From Marsupella aquatica (Eukaryota > Plantae > Marchantiophyta): 64,000 nt of DNA. The notes beneath the pieces are model-generated. The model did not search any database and had not been told where the DNA came from. It saw only the letters and a program-made list of their open reading frames with translations. Shown one piece after another: positions 52,035-64,000 of the stretch; the stretch's first letter is position 1; each line of letters starts with the position of its first letter. The position numbers were made by a program, and so were the translations under genes. The DNA is taken from contig OZ316891.1 of assembly GCA_973895155.1 (NCBI GenBank), forward strand, positions 31,255,112 through 31,319,111. Reading direction: 5' to 3'.

Positions 52035-52088
52035 CCAGATTGAAAGTGGTGATCCAAATGACTCGAAAGCAGAATTCACTCCTACCCA

Positions 52089-52222
52089 TTTGTCTTTCTG
52101 TTCTAATCTGTCTGGTTGTCTTTCTGTCTGGTTGTCTTTCTGTCTGGTTGTCTTTCTGTTCTAATCTGTCTGGTTGTCTTTCTGTTCCAATGTGCCAATT
52201 TGTCTCTCTGTTCTAATCTGTT
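52089..52222. repeat. Short tandem repeat (TTGTCTTTCTGTCTGG / TTCTAATCTG) in the PPR 3' region
   Basis: Directly visible 16-bp units and variants. Confidence 0.8.
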
Positions 52223-55147
52223 TTGCCCAAAGAAATGACTGATGTTTGATGCTTCAATAGACAGATTGGTCAAACGAAATTTAATCCAACGCAAATTCAC
52301 ACTATATCCATGTCAAATAAAGCACAATCAAAGATTCTGAGTTGCCGTCTGGACAGGGGACACATGAGAGACGAGCTGGCCCTTTTGACTTGTATCAACT
52401 CATACGGTGCCATAAATTTCGTACAAATGTCGAGAAGTGGCAGGAGTATTTGTGACAGGCTTCCTGTGTTGTTCGGTGTGGCCACTGGTCCTAATTTTGA
52501 GTGGGAAGAACTGAGTCTCTTCCTAGAACTGTAGTAATTTAAATTCTAGATTATGAATTAACTCAACGTCATGATACTATTCGAGGTCCAGTATTTTTGG
52601 CCGAACTTAGTTCAGTGTTTTGATGGGGGCCCTACAATGGCCCCAAATCATACTGTGCAGGAATTGACAACAATGGATCGTCACAAACCAGTATTGTTCA
52701 GCATAATGTGATCTTGTGGTTGCGGCCTGATATTATTTACAATTTGATATTCAAAGCATTTCTTCATGAATAACACAAGTACAATACTCTAATCTGGACA
52801 AATTGAATAGGAGATATGGGTTCATTTTAATAGTAGTAAACAGGATTGAGGAATCCATAAGAAAAAAATTGGTCAGTCTACAGTTCATCTAGAGTGAACC
52901 CTTTTGGTAGCAGAAAATGTAGATAGTGGAATAGTTTTTATGAGTAGGAATGGGCATGGGGAGTTGTTACTATGTGTATTGAATGTTTGTGAAGGCTACT
53001 TTTGTACAATTCCCATTAAATTGTTTCAAATTGATAGTAGCCATTGTGTGCCTACTTTCAGAGTGTGCCATGTGTGGTGTTTTCAGAGTACTTTCTGTGC
53101 ACATGGCCTAATCTTTCAGAGTGTGCTCTAGCAGGAAATTTTGAAACGAAATGGATGAAGTTGTCTAATTAGTCACTATAGGGGAGTCATAATGAACTTT
53201 ATAGATATGTAGGATGTACTTTTTAAAGAGCTCGCTGAGCACAATTGTGTGCGCTCTCGATTGGACTCAAAGGGTACAAGATATAGGTATAGGTGAAGTC
53301 CTCATACATAGACTTAAATTCTAGTCTAGCCCAATGGTTAGGACACTGGCATGGGAACAGGAGGTCCCCAGATAAGAGGACAGGGCTTGGTAGATTTAAC
53401 AAATAGGACATTACGATAAAAGCTCCCGCTACCAAACCAGTAAAATCAGAAATGCAATTCAAAAATCTAAGGGGGTGATGAAACTTGTGAAAGTCAAATT
53501 TTCTCTACTAAATTAAAGTGGATCGATGCTAATTTCAAAATGTGAGAAAAACCTGAGAGCAAAGCCTCATCAGATAAATCAAAACCTTAATTACTACTGG
53601 AAAAATTGGGAGAATGACACTTGTATGTGTAACAGTTCTCTATGGCGTCCAAAACAACAATATTTCTTGTTTGCTTCATGCACACCAGCAACTCAGCACT
53701 GCAAAGTAACTTCTCAAAATACAGATTAGTCTACTTATGCCACAACGTCTATTGCTCTAAGGACGACGGACCAAAACAAGCACCAGGCTCCCTAAGCTCA
53801 AAATAAGTACCAGATGTCCTACACAACCCAAACATATAATAGATTCAAGTAAAAGTAGGAGTTATCCTTTGCGAGGTTGACGACTATAGCCCTTTATAAC
53901 TGACTTCTCTACCCTTAACTTGTCGTTCAGCAGTGTCATGTGGGCCTATCCAAGGAGAATATAGGAAAGAAAAATCTTTCCAATTTGCAAACACTGATTA
54001 AAGCTGCAACATGGAGTTTGACTTTGTAGCACTCAAAGCTAAGTAGTTTTTAGGGGTGACCTATGGGACCTATCTTATGTGTAGAAAGGAACAAGGAAAA
54101 CTTGCACGATTGCAAAGAAGAATAAAAGCTACAGTACCGGTCAACTTTTCTAATGTAAATGAGCTTTTAGCATCATTTTGTTAAAATATCTGGGGGCTGG
54201 GTCCTCTAGTTAGGCAACAGTGCCTCAAGCAACGACAAGTGGAAAGAAACAAATTCTCATGAATGTTCTAGTAATGGCAAGTGGCAACAAGTGAAGAAAA
54301 AGTCCATAGGTGCATAACCTATAGCAGTATAGCACCCTACATGGGAGGAGAGGCACTTGCTTTCTTTCAAAACATACCTTAGTAATCAATAACTACCGCA
54401 TCATGCATAAATGAACTTGAAGCCAGCATGGAAATCCAAGATAAACTTTTGCAACCCAGATGGACTCCAACAAAACCCTCCTTTCTGCTCACATATTACA
54501 CACTACTAAGATGAGTGAGATGTGGGAAGAAAGTAAGACATGCAGATTCGGAAAATTTTAGGTCTTTCAGTTCTCCATGAAATCGCACAATATAAGGCTC
54601 ACAAGAAAGATCTTTCCAAGAAGTTTGTAACAAACCCAAAAAATCCAGATCTCATTAGATATTGAGGGAGATGAATGTCAAAAGTTAGTTGCTCAAAACT
54701 TTTTGGGAGCACAAAGTGTGGAGAGTGATTAATGGAGTATTCTTCGGAACACTAGGGTAGAGATCTTAGATTGCTTGGAAAGATCTCTAGTTTTCATGCC
54801 CCAAGGATCTTACACTGGTTGGAATTGATCTCTAGTATTCATGAAAAATTTGGTCAAGGTCTCCCTCAGGGCATGGAAGTGATACATCATGTACAACAAA
54901 ATACATGGTCTTAAATTATTGTGAGGAAGACTCTTAAAGAGCTTGGTGGAAATAAGTGTTTTAAAATTTAAAACAGTTTAATATGTGAGTGTCATCATAT
55001 AATTGGTGTCATACAAATATATTTAATGAAAGTTATCGAGGGGGTCAAAACTAACCCAAACCTTTGCACATGATGTACAACCCACCAGTATTGACCCCCC
55101 AAAAAGTCCATTGTAGAATAAGTTTCAAAGGAAATTGCAAAGCATAA

Positions 55148-55509
55148 GGGCCACTTTACAAGACGGGCGCGGCAATTTAGTTCCTCTTTTTTCATGATCG
55201 AATCGATCACAACCGTTGTTTCAGCCTGCCCGGGCGCTCCTTGCTTTAGAAGACTGGCGCGGCAAGTTGAGCTGCGGGAATAACCGAACCTGCATTCTGG
55301 TATGGATCAGCTCTGGCCAGCCGGCTTGGGACTCTCATCCGGGCGCTAGACTATTGGACCTCTGGAGGTGCGAAAATGGGCAGCCCGCTTCCTCCTAGGA
55401 TTCCTGCCTTGGATTGGTCTAGAGTCCTACCGTACCACTAAGAGTTGGGCTCTGTTACAGCCCTGGTAGAAAGCACTCAAATTGCCGCGCCCGTCTTGTA
55501 AAGTGGCCC
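55148..55509. mobile_element. Tourist-like (PIF/Harbinger) MITE, 362 bp
   Basis: Perfect 31-bp TIRs GGGCCACTTTACAAGACGGGCGCGGCAATTT (55148-55178) and its reverse complement (55479-55509), flanked by TAA on both sides (55145-55147, 55510-55512). GC-richer than its flanks. Confidence 0.9.
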
Positions 55510-57323
55510 TAAGGTAGGTGCACTGCTTCTTTCCAGTAGTGCTTGATGGGACCCCTGGCAGAAAGTTTTTACTTTATAAAACCCTTCGAAGGTATTGTAA
55601 CCAACTAGGATTCCTTTTGACAGTTTTGGCTCAGAAGTTCTTGTAGCAGTTCCTATAATGAGGTTTTTTTTGTTTTGTTTTGTTTTAAATGAAACCCGCA
55701 AAAACCCACGGGAAGGGGGGCCCAACAGGGCACCTATAATGAGGTTTTGTTTGATATTGTGACCGAAAATAGCTACTCTAAACTTTATGGTGAACCGTGC
55801 CTAAACCACGAACTGCAAGGTCGGAATCAAGGTCCAACCTTGAACAGTCGATACATGGTTGGGGGAATGACAAAATAGTGGCTGCCACCGCCCAAATTGC
55901 GATGTAACTTAAGTGAAGACAATATGGTTAATATCTTTTGGTTTAAATTTTTAACATATCACGATTTTCACTAGGTTTACTGTCATGCAAGCTACCCAAG
56001 GTGTTTCTGATGTATTTTTTGGTGCAACTGTCCATCAATGCGTGCATAGCAGAAGGGAGTTTGCATCCAACAACATGAGGGACGTGATACAACTCGACAA
56101 GGTGCAATAGTTGTTTATGATGTAAAGACAGGTGGAATATCAAGACTTCTAATTCCATGTGTGGATCAAATGTTCATGACTATTCTTCTGTCAAAACATG
56201 ATCTCAAGCTCACAATGTAACATATTTCTCTTGACAATTTGTCTTACTTTATACTAGGCAGAAACCTCAGGATGCAAAGCCATCTTATAGTGGCAACTTT
56301 TTGCTCACTGAAAAATACGTTTAAATGATCATGAAGAAGGGAAATTCCAGATGGCATGGAAATCCACGACAAAACAATGATAGTCCCTAAAAATGATCTG
56401 AAGACATAAACCATAGTCTTCACCAAACGATAAGAAGAAATTGCATTGGGCGACTCTGACCACAAACAGAGCAACTTGGTAAACCATAGAACTAAACCGC
56501 CCATGATGTGTAGGCTGAGGCCAAAAATTGTGTAATTCCTCCATTTAAAAGAACAATGCAAGGCTCATTAAGAGAGGTCCTAACAGGTAACAAAACTTTC
56601 ATAGGGGTCCTAGTAGTTAACAAAACCTTCATAGGGGCCTATCACATAAAAAAGTCCTGTCAGTGTCCATCAAGCATATACCACTTCTCTTGGACATGTA
56701 ACCAGTTCTCTTCTTTTGGGAATTTTGGGAAACCTGTGGAAAGCAACAAGTCAACAAACTTAGACAGTGTCTTAAGTTCCCAAATAGTGTCACTCAGAAA
56801 ATCCAATTGTAACAGGAGAATCCATGGTGAGCCTGAGTCACCACATGACATGGAAATCTCACAGCTCAAAGCTGAGTTTAGTATATTGCTATTGATTGAC
56901 TGACACACTCTAAACAACATGTCTCCAAGATGACAAACTGCAGGTCCCTTTTTTGCCTTGAAACTCATTTTGAATTCCATCCAAAAGACAGCATACTTGC
57001 AGGTCCCTTTGCACATAGTCTTATTGGAACTAAATCAAATTCCTCATTGGGACCCTCCCTGGGCTTCTTTCCCCCTCCTGTATAGGGTTTCTTGTAGCCA
57101 GTTTGATGTTTTTTGTTTTCTTGTTCTTTGGTATATTATATACACTCATTATTGTAGTTCTCTAATTCTAAATTCCTGTCATCCTAGTCACCTAGTGCAA
57201 CCTTACGTTTTGATAGACTTTAGGTATATCCCAGCGAAACCTTTCCAATGGAGGTGTCATCCCAGCTCCTAGCTGGCAAATCATAAAAATGGAAGAAAAA
57301 GAGATGTCCATATGTACACGTTT

Positions 57324-58088
57324 AATAAATTATTTCGCCGAAGGTTGGCTGGATGGCTCCTGCCTCCAGGATTTTAGGGGACATTTTTATTGCCTGCGAA
57401 GAAAAGCCAGGAGAATCTCCCGCAAAGACCGGAACATGTGGGCCACCATATGACTTCTTCGGAACGCGAGATGCGACCGCTGCTGGTCTACTGCCATCGG
57501 CGGACCGGGCAGTCGGGCAGTAGGGCAGCACGAAACTTTGTCTCGCAAACAAGACAGCGCAACGTGGCCGCTTCTCGCTAGTGGCCTTGTCGCTTTCTTC
57601 GGCTGCTGTCCGCGGTTAGCTGATAACATTCTCGGTGCTTCCGCGGCTCCGCGTGACGGGACTCGCCGACCGTGAAGTACAAAAGGAGGACACGGACGGG
57701 CAGGTCCGGGCAGGTCCGGGCAGGCGCAACGGGACTATCGGGCAGCGCTCGCCGTCTGCAATCTGCATGCACTCCGGGTCCGGGACTGAAAGAAATAGAC
57801 GCCCCATTAGTGGGTCAGGTAGACGGTCAGATCCGCGCAGGCTTGGTGAAACGGAAGGCTGAGATTGGCCCAGGTGGGTGAGTCTGGGATCGGCGATGTT
57901 CCCGGCGGTCTTCGGGCAGCAACGGGGTCGACTGTGACAGGGGAACTCCGGTACAGTACGTTTTTGTCCTCGCGACCGAGCAGGCTGGCAGGGCGTGTGT
58001 GGGCCAGTTGGGCTGCGCTGACCACGGTCCTTAACCACAGTTACAAGTGGTGGAGGCCTTGACGATTCTGTACACCGCTGTACGTCAC
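57324..58088. mobile_element. GC/CpG-rich insertion of unknown class
   Basis: Abrupt GC/CpG-rich block in AT-rich DNA, flanked by the direct repeat ACACGTTT (57316-57323, 58089-58096). Internal GGGCAGGTCC tandem repeats. No convincing ORF. Confidence 0.45.
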
Positions 58089-60748
58089 ACACGTTTCATA
58101 CGTCCGTACGTATTTCTTTTGCCCTTTTGTCCTAGCCATACTTCCAAGCTTCATCCTTATCCTTAATGTCTATGTGGCGTGCATATAGTCTGAGATTACG
58201 AGACAGACATGGTTGGGTCGTTGGATTGTTCGCTTGCAGTTTGTGGACTACAGTACCTATGCCTATTCCGGTACTGTAGTAAGTTGTAACCTGGTCCACA
58301 CAAAATTTAGGGCTTGGTGAGAGTTACATATAAGGTAATAAGGGTCTGGGCAAGGGTTATTAGGCAGGCAGGGGCTTTTAGTTTGTAACCTTGGGACCAG
58401 AAAACTAATAAAATATAAACCAATAAAATCTAACCAACTAACCAACAGTAGCCAGGAAGCTTCTATGAGCATTTTTGGGGCAGATTTCACACTCAAAGCC
58501 CATACCATCTTTGTATCATCATGTAAATGCTACATGGGAAAAGTAGCTGATGGCCAATTGCCACGCAATAAATTATGCAAATACCAAAGACATCCAGAAA
58601 TGGTTACACATGGGTAACCTGTATTTTGTACTGCACTTAGTGGACCAATCAAAGAACAAATACATGATTGTGTATTGGAAAAATAGGAAAAGCAAAAAAC
58701 TTACTTAATATAAAGCAGTAAGACAAATCAAATGCAATCTTTTGTGTACAAGTGCCTTGCGTATAGTGGAGCCAAATCATACAGTAGCTAATATTATAGC
58801 AAACATAAGAAGCGTTTATTGATCAATATAATAGACGATTACACAAAGTAGTTTATTCTCTAATCCAATTGAATCATGAAATACAAGGGATCTGACTTGT
58901 GTAACCTAACAACACATAAGAGTAAGTACATGAACTATTTCCAATGCACTTATTGGGTAATGCAATGCTACCCATGTGTATAATTATTGGAAATTGATAT
59001 GTCATGCACTTATATATAATATATTAGGGCATCAAACCTCAAAATTTGATGGACCTTAACTTAATGTTAAATTTATGGGCAGGAAAAATGATGAAATATC
59101 AAAGTCATTATCCTCTAACTTTTTGCCATAAGAATTGGTCATGTGCCTTGACCATATCACTTTGGCCAGTGGAAAGAAATAGACAACTCTACCAAAACAC
59201 TATGGCCGTCTGTTTATGGAACTCTTGAGTTTTTGAGATGCCCTGATGCATGCCATGGATAAGTGCCAGTTTATTAAGTTTGTGTGTGGAACCTGCACTA
59301 CAAAACCAAGTAACAAATACTGCCAACTTACTATCTAACAACCATTGCCACTCCCCCGGCAGCCGAAGGTTCTCAGCAGATACGGAGGGCGACGATAAGT
59401 TAGCACCGGTACTGTAAAATAAGAGGCCCAACGTTCCATCCGACCGAGCCTACTACTACTACTACTAGTCAGCTACGTAGGGCAGCTGCCAGCCGGGCAA
59501 CGTACGGTACAAAGGAAGTACAGTAGTCAGTGCGGCGTTGCGGGCAACGGGCAGGAAGGGCAGGAGGGGCAGGATGGTGCGCGAGGAGGAGGGCGGAGCA
59601 GAGCGACTGACCGAGGACTCGAGGAGGGAGAGCCGTTCTTGTAGCGGAAAGCGACAAGCGGGTGGAACTGTTCATCGCAAGAAAGTGGTGTAAAGCGGAA
59701 CGCGCAATAATACGATAGGACGGTCTCGCGGACGCGCTTCGTCTGTTAGAACGAGCGGAGTGCGGTTGGGAAGGGAAAATTGTTGTCCGCGTGCCGTCAA
59801 CGAAAATTTGTCGGCTTACGGTCGACGCGTGGGACGACTAACGCGGTGGAGCAGCATCAGCATCGACACGATTATTACACAGCTATATGCTTTGGGCGAA
59901 GCGCGCCGCGGTCCTGAGATTATTGTCGAACAAGAAGGAAGGGAGGTCGAAAGGGTGTCCCCTGTGGTGCTGTTTCTTCGCCAAGAACGAAAGCAAGCAA
60001 CAAAGAAACTGAGGAAATTTGTTGACGCTTTCTGTGTGTAGCAAAGCAAGTTCGTTTACAGTTTTTGTAGTCTGTATTGCGCCGTGCGCGGTCGCAGATC
60101 TATCGATCGAAAGAAAAGTAGGATTGGTCGAAGAGAGCGTGGATAGCAGACTCAAGCAGATTCATTGAGAGAACGAAGATCGATCGAAGGAGGACAGGAA
60201 AAGAGTGTCGATTAACGAGAAGTGGATCGGTCCCAAGAAGGGCGGAGGAAGTCCCGATCTAGGCGAGGTGGATCGATCGAACGAGAGGCAGATCGGTGAT
60301 CGAGTGAAGGAAAATTGTTCGAGGAAGAGAGGGTCAAAGGAAGGAAGCGAAGATCCTGATCGATCGTACAGAGAGAAGAATCGAGGTGGGAAGGTGGCAA
60401 GGTATCACCGTTTCGGATGTCTGAGACGCGGAGGCAGTGAGGGCAATATCCCAATGTCAACCAGATCCCTGGTGAGAGAGAAAAGTGGAAGGTCTCTTTT
60501 GCGCCGAGAACGCACTTGTGTAGGGATCAGAGCGCCTGATTGTGTCTTCGATCCGTTGTGAAGTGCAGTCTGCGTCTAGGACGTTCTTCATGACCACCTC
60601 GTGTTGTCAACTGAGAGATTAGAAGGATTGTTAGTTCGGCAACGTGCCATTCTACAGGATTCTGTTACGGTGGTACGCTGGATATCGACTCCGGTGTACA
60701 GTTTGGTGGTGGTTGTAACGGGGTGGTAGAAGGCGCTGGAGATCCAAG

Positions 60749-62602
60749 ATGGAAACGGTCGTCTTGCCAGCACAGGATCATCTTGCCCAAGAGAGGTATA
60801 GGCAGCAGGGCGGAGTTATGTCGGGTATGATCTACCCGCTTGGGGGTTTACCCCGCACAAGGAGGAAGGTGAGGTCGCCTAATCAGGTTTTCGTCGCCGC
60901 CTCGCTGCATTCGGGTATCACAAAGTCGTCCGACAAAAGTAATTTGCTTGTCGCCGATTCGAGGAGCGGGTTGGTATCTCAAATGGATATGTCACTAGGT
61001 ATCCTGCGTAGCGCTCCCTCATCGGCCTCGACTTCTCATCTCCCTCCCTCATCTGTATTGAAGACACCGCAGTATCGGCTTAACAATACCACGCCGCACG
61101 GATTCATCTCACATGAATCCTCATCGAAGAAGCAGCAGCAGCAGCTTGCAGTATCTCTATCAACACATACAGCAGGAACCAATGGTATGTCAGTTTCCCC
61201 GAGGCACATATTGCGAACGAGGTCGGATGGCGTACTTGGTGAGTTGCTGCAACAGCAAGGCCCGAAGAAAGGCGTAGAGGACAGAAAAAAAGCCCTGGAG
61301 AAGGGTGTTGAAAGTTCGAAGAACTCCGAGAAGAACGTGGAGAAGTCGTCAGATAGGAGGAAGGGCCTCGACAGGAGGCCTGTGGAGAAGAAGCCTGTCG
61401 CCGTGACCAACACCAGCCAGGGGGACAAGAGTAGCACCGTCCATAAGAAAGTAGGTGTGATTACGATCCTACAAAGACCTCAAACGAGGGAAGCAGCCGC
61501 TGAGAATATTGCCCTGTTCACCGGTAGGCCAGTCGAAGCTGTCACCAAGCAGATCCTCAAGCCTGCGCAGGTGATATCACAACATCATGTCGAACAGACT
61601 GCGGTAGAAGTCGGGTTGGTGAAAGGTTTGGAGGTCAGCGGGAAAGATGGAGAGATCGATCATGTGCATTCTAGGAGCTCGAGGAATGTATCTCCGAAGA
61701 GCGCAACGAAAAAGAAGCCGTCACGCGATTTCTCTGGCAAAGCTGCGTCACGGGCTGCAGCAGCAGAAGTTGCACAAGTGGAGTCACGAAGAACTCAAGA
61801 CGTTGAACTCCGTGGAGAGGCAAGAAGACCGAAAACTGCGCTACAGCTGGTAGATAGTGCTTCAGTGGACCGGCGGAGGTCTGACAATACTGAGCGCCAT
61901 TCTGATGAGAACAAAAGAGCTGTGGAGCTGGATGCCTTTGAGGCAGGTGTCGATGAGTTAATTAAGAGTTTTGATAATGAGCTCAATTCAGGCCATGTTT
62001 CAACATCAAGCGTGGATCAGATTGTTTCCAGTTGGTCTAATGACGAAGTGGCTACCATTCCTGGAGTTCTCCATCGGGTGTCGAGTGACTCGATAGTTGG
62101 AGAGATCGCGCAAGCATTTGGTAGGCAAGGTGTGATAAGCCGAAGTGGCAGCTTCCGAGATGCGTCTCGTAGTAATGACAACAGTGCAGAACTCTTTTTC
62201 TTGCCATCATCCCCACCGAAGCCCTCTGAGAGATGGGCTGGTCCTGCCTACACGAATTCCCCCCCTCCTAGTACTCTTCCCTTCCCCACGTTCCCCCTTC
62301 AGCGCGTGAAGACCTCTATGACGGAGGTCACCCTGGCGGAGGTGGTTCTGAGGGGACCTCAGGATACAAACTTGGAGACACTGTCTTCCTCCGATCCTTC
62401 TTCTCCCACTCGGGTGGCGTCTTTGTTGTTCTCGGCCACCGCGATGCAGTCGCCCTTTGTGGACCCATCATCTGCGACTAAGGATCTGAGAAGGATATTA
62501 AATCTGAACGTGGAGAATAGTTTTGATGTCAGCGCGGAGTGGAGCGAAGGCGGTGTGGAGTCAGCTACTCAGAGCTTGAAGAGGATGCTGCAGCTAGGAT
62601 GA
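60749..62602 (+). CDS. Intronless, largely disordered 617-aa protein with a C-terminal PNRC (proline-rich nuclear receptor coactivator)/Edc1-like motif
   Basis: Long ATG-initiated ORF, S/K/R-rich and low in complexity. It contains ERWAGPAYTNSPPPSTLPFPTF and the C-terminal motifs ATKDLRRILNL and ATQSLKRMLQL. Confidence 0.8.
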   Translation: METVVLPAQDHLAQERYRQQGGVMSGMIYPLGGLPRTRRKVRSPNQVFVAASLHSGITKSSDKSNLLVADSRSGLVSQMDMSLGILRSAPSSASTSHLPPSSVLKTPQYRLNNTTPHGFISHESSSKKQQQQLAVSLSTHTAGTNGMSVSPRHILRTRSDGVLGELLQQQGPKKGVEDRKKALEKGVESSKNSEKNVEKSSDRRKGLDRRPVEKKPVAVTNTSQGDKSSTVHKKVGVITILQRPQTREAAAENIALFTGRPVEAVTKQILKPAQVISQHHVEQTAVEVGLVKGLEVSGKDGEIDHVHSRSSRNVSPKSATKKKPSRDFSGKAASRAAAAEVAQVESRRTQDVELRGEARRPKTALQLVDSASVDRRRSDNTERHSDENKRAVELDAFEAGVDELIKSFDNELNSGHVSTSSVDQIVSSWSNDEVATIPGVLHRVSSDSIVGEIAQAFGRQGVISRSGSFRDASRSNDNSAELFFLPSSPPKPSERWAGPAYTNSPPPSTLPFPTFPLQRVKTSMTEVTLAEVVLRGPQDTNLETLSSSDPSSPTRVASLLFSATAMQSPFVDPSSATKDLRRILNLNVENSFDVSAEWSEGGVESATQSLKRMLQLG

Positions 62603-64000
62603 CGAGGAGGCGCCGCCTAGGTGCTTTTCAGTTAGGGTATAACATATTCACCCTGTGTAGATTCTGGTTCTATTTGGCCCGAAAGCGTACGCTTCTTGAG
62701 GTCACAGGTTGTAAAGTAGGTGGTATGTGTATAGTTCGTAAGAGGGAAGCACTTGGTGTCAGGCTTGGTTGCCACCCGTTGTGAAGCTTCATCGGGAAAC
62801 AATGGCACCTCCTATCCCAATTTTGAAGATATCGCCTGGGCGTCGGAGCTAGCGGAGCCGTGTATAGTGATGTTTGCTGAATTAATCCCTTGGAGGGATT
62901 GATGACGAGCTTGCATGATGGATAAAGTTGGGTGTGTTCGTTTGAAGACAACAGCTCCGACGTGCTTGGTGTGGTCTTTCACGGAAAGGCGCATCAGGTA
63001 GGTCCTGCGGCATCGAAAGAAGTTTACGATATGAGTCTCTGCTAAGAAGGACTGGTAGTCTGGGCGAAGTCTGGAAACCGGTTGAGGAGAGATATCCTGG
63101 CGTTGTAAGTACGTGAAGATATGGTGTGACATTGATTGTAGGTCGATTGGTGGCAAAGTGTTTAGGTCAGGTAGGCGGATGCAATTTTATCAATTTTTCT
63201 CTCCCGTAATCGGAGATCTTTTGAACCCCTGGTGGGGTTGACAGAGTTAGGATCTCTCTCCTTGTATCATACTCTGGTGTATCTAGCTCCTACTTAGATA
63301 GAACAGGTATTGTATTCTCGAATAAAAGGTGATAGCTGCATCTGAAACCAACGACTTCACGAATGGAAGTCTGCGCCAAAGGTGCTCTACAGTGTTAACG
63401 GTTTTGGTGATCCAAAGCTTGAGGTTGTCTGCTGAGTGCAGGCGCCGCGGTGCCGAATGTTTCCTTGGGGAAACAATGGTCCAGTTAAGGCGTGGATGGG
63501 AACGTTGTAGAGGAAAGGAGAGGAAGACAACGATCTTGTGGTGGCACGTTTGTGTTCATTCAGCGATCTTGTCCCGGAAGGCGATTTTTTAAGCGCTCTT
63601 GCCCGGAAGCAGTTTGAGAAAGTCGAAAGCTTGAGTAGGATATTGTTGGACCGTTGCCAGACAGCAGCCTACTTTTTAATTGGTCTGCCGTCTCAAAAGA
63701 GGTATCAACGTGTCCTGAAAGCATAGATAGTCTTAAGGCAACCCGATTGCAAGGGACAGTCAGTGTTGGTAGATGTTGGGTATGTAGTTCAAGTCCGAGT
63801 TAGTGTTATACATGTTATGTTCGAGTGGCGGCGGTGTGCCGTCTGGGGTCATGGAAATTTTTGCGACCCTTTCAGAAGAGGACCGAAGTCTCTGAAACAG
63901 GACATTGAGTTGATCATATGAAAGTACGTGTTCTGTAAGGAAGTTGTGCTGGAGAAGGTGGCGATGGCAAAACATGTGAAATACCAGCCGAAAATTGTTC

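Noticed and set aside
56660-57016. 118-aa minus ORF ending WYMLDGH (superficially ParB-like DGHHR)
   Set aside because: A stop codon follows immediately and the motif is incomplete. At most a decayed TE fragment; not supportable without a search.

Overview
Eukaryotic nuclear DNA from a land plant, most likely a moss (inferred from moss-like PLS-DYW PPR repeats, intron style and an unsplit Nup98-Nup96 gene). Five protein-coding genes are supported, all on the + strand: (1) a ~16-exon Nup98-Nup96 precursor gene with an HF/S autoproteolysis site, (2) an HDR1-like gene, (3) ERCC1, (4) a PLS-class PPR-DYW organellar RNA-editing factor, and (5) an intronless gene with a PNRC/Edc1-like decapping-activator motif. 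Intergenic DNA is AT-rich, with decayed transposon remnants and many local tandem duplications. The most striking element is a complete 336-bp miniature LTR retroelement (TRIM) at 30076-30411. It has a 5-bp TSD, a Met-tRNA primer-binding site and a PPT, and each LTR carries a tRNA-like Pol III promoter unit. A Tourist-like MITE with perfect 31-bp TIRs is also present. Exon boundaries were derived by eye from GT/AG sites and frame continuity; no database searches were run.
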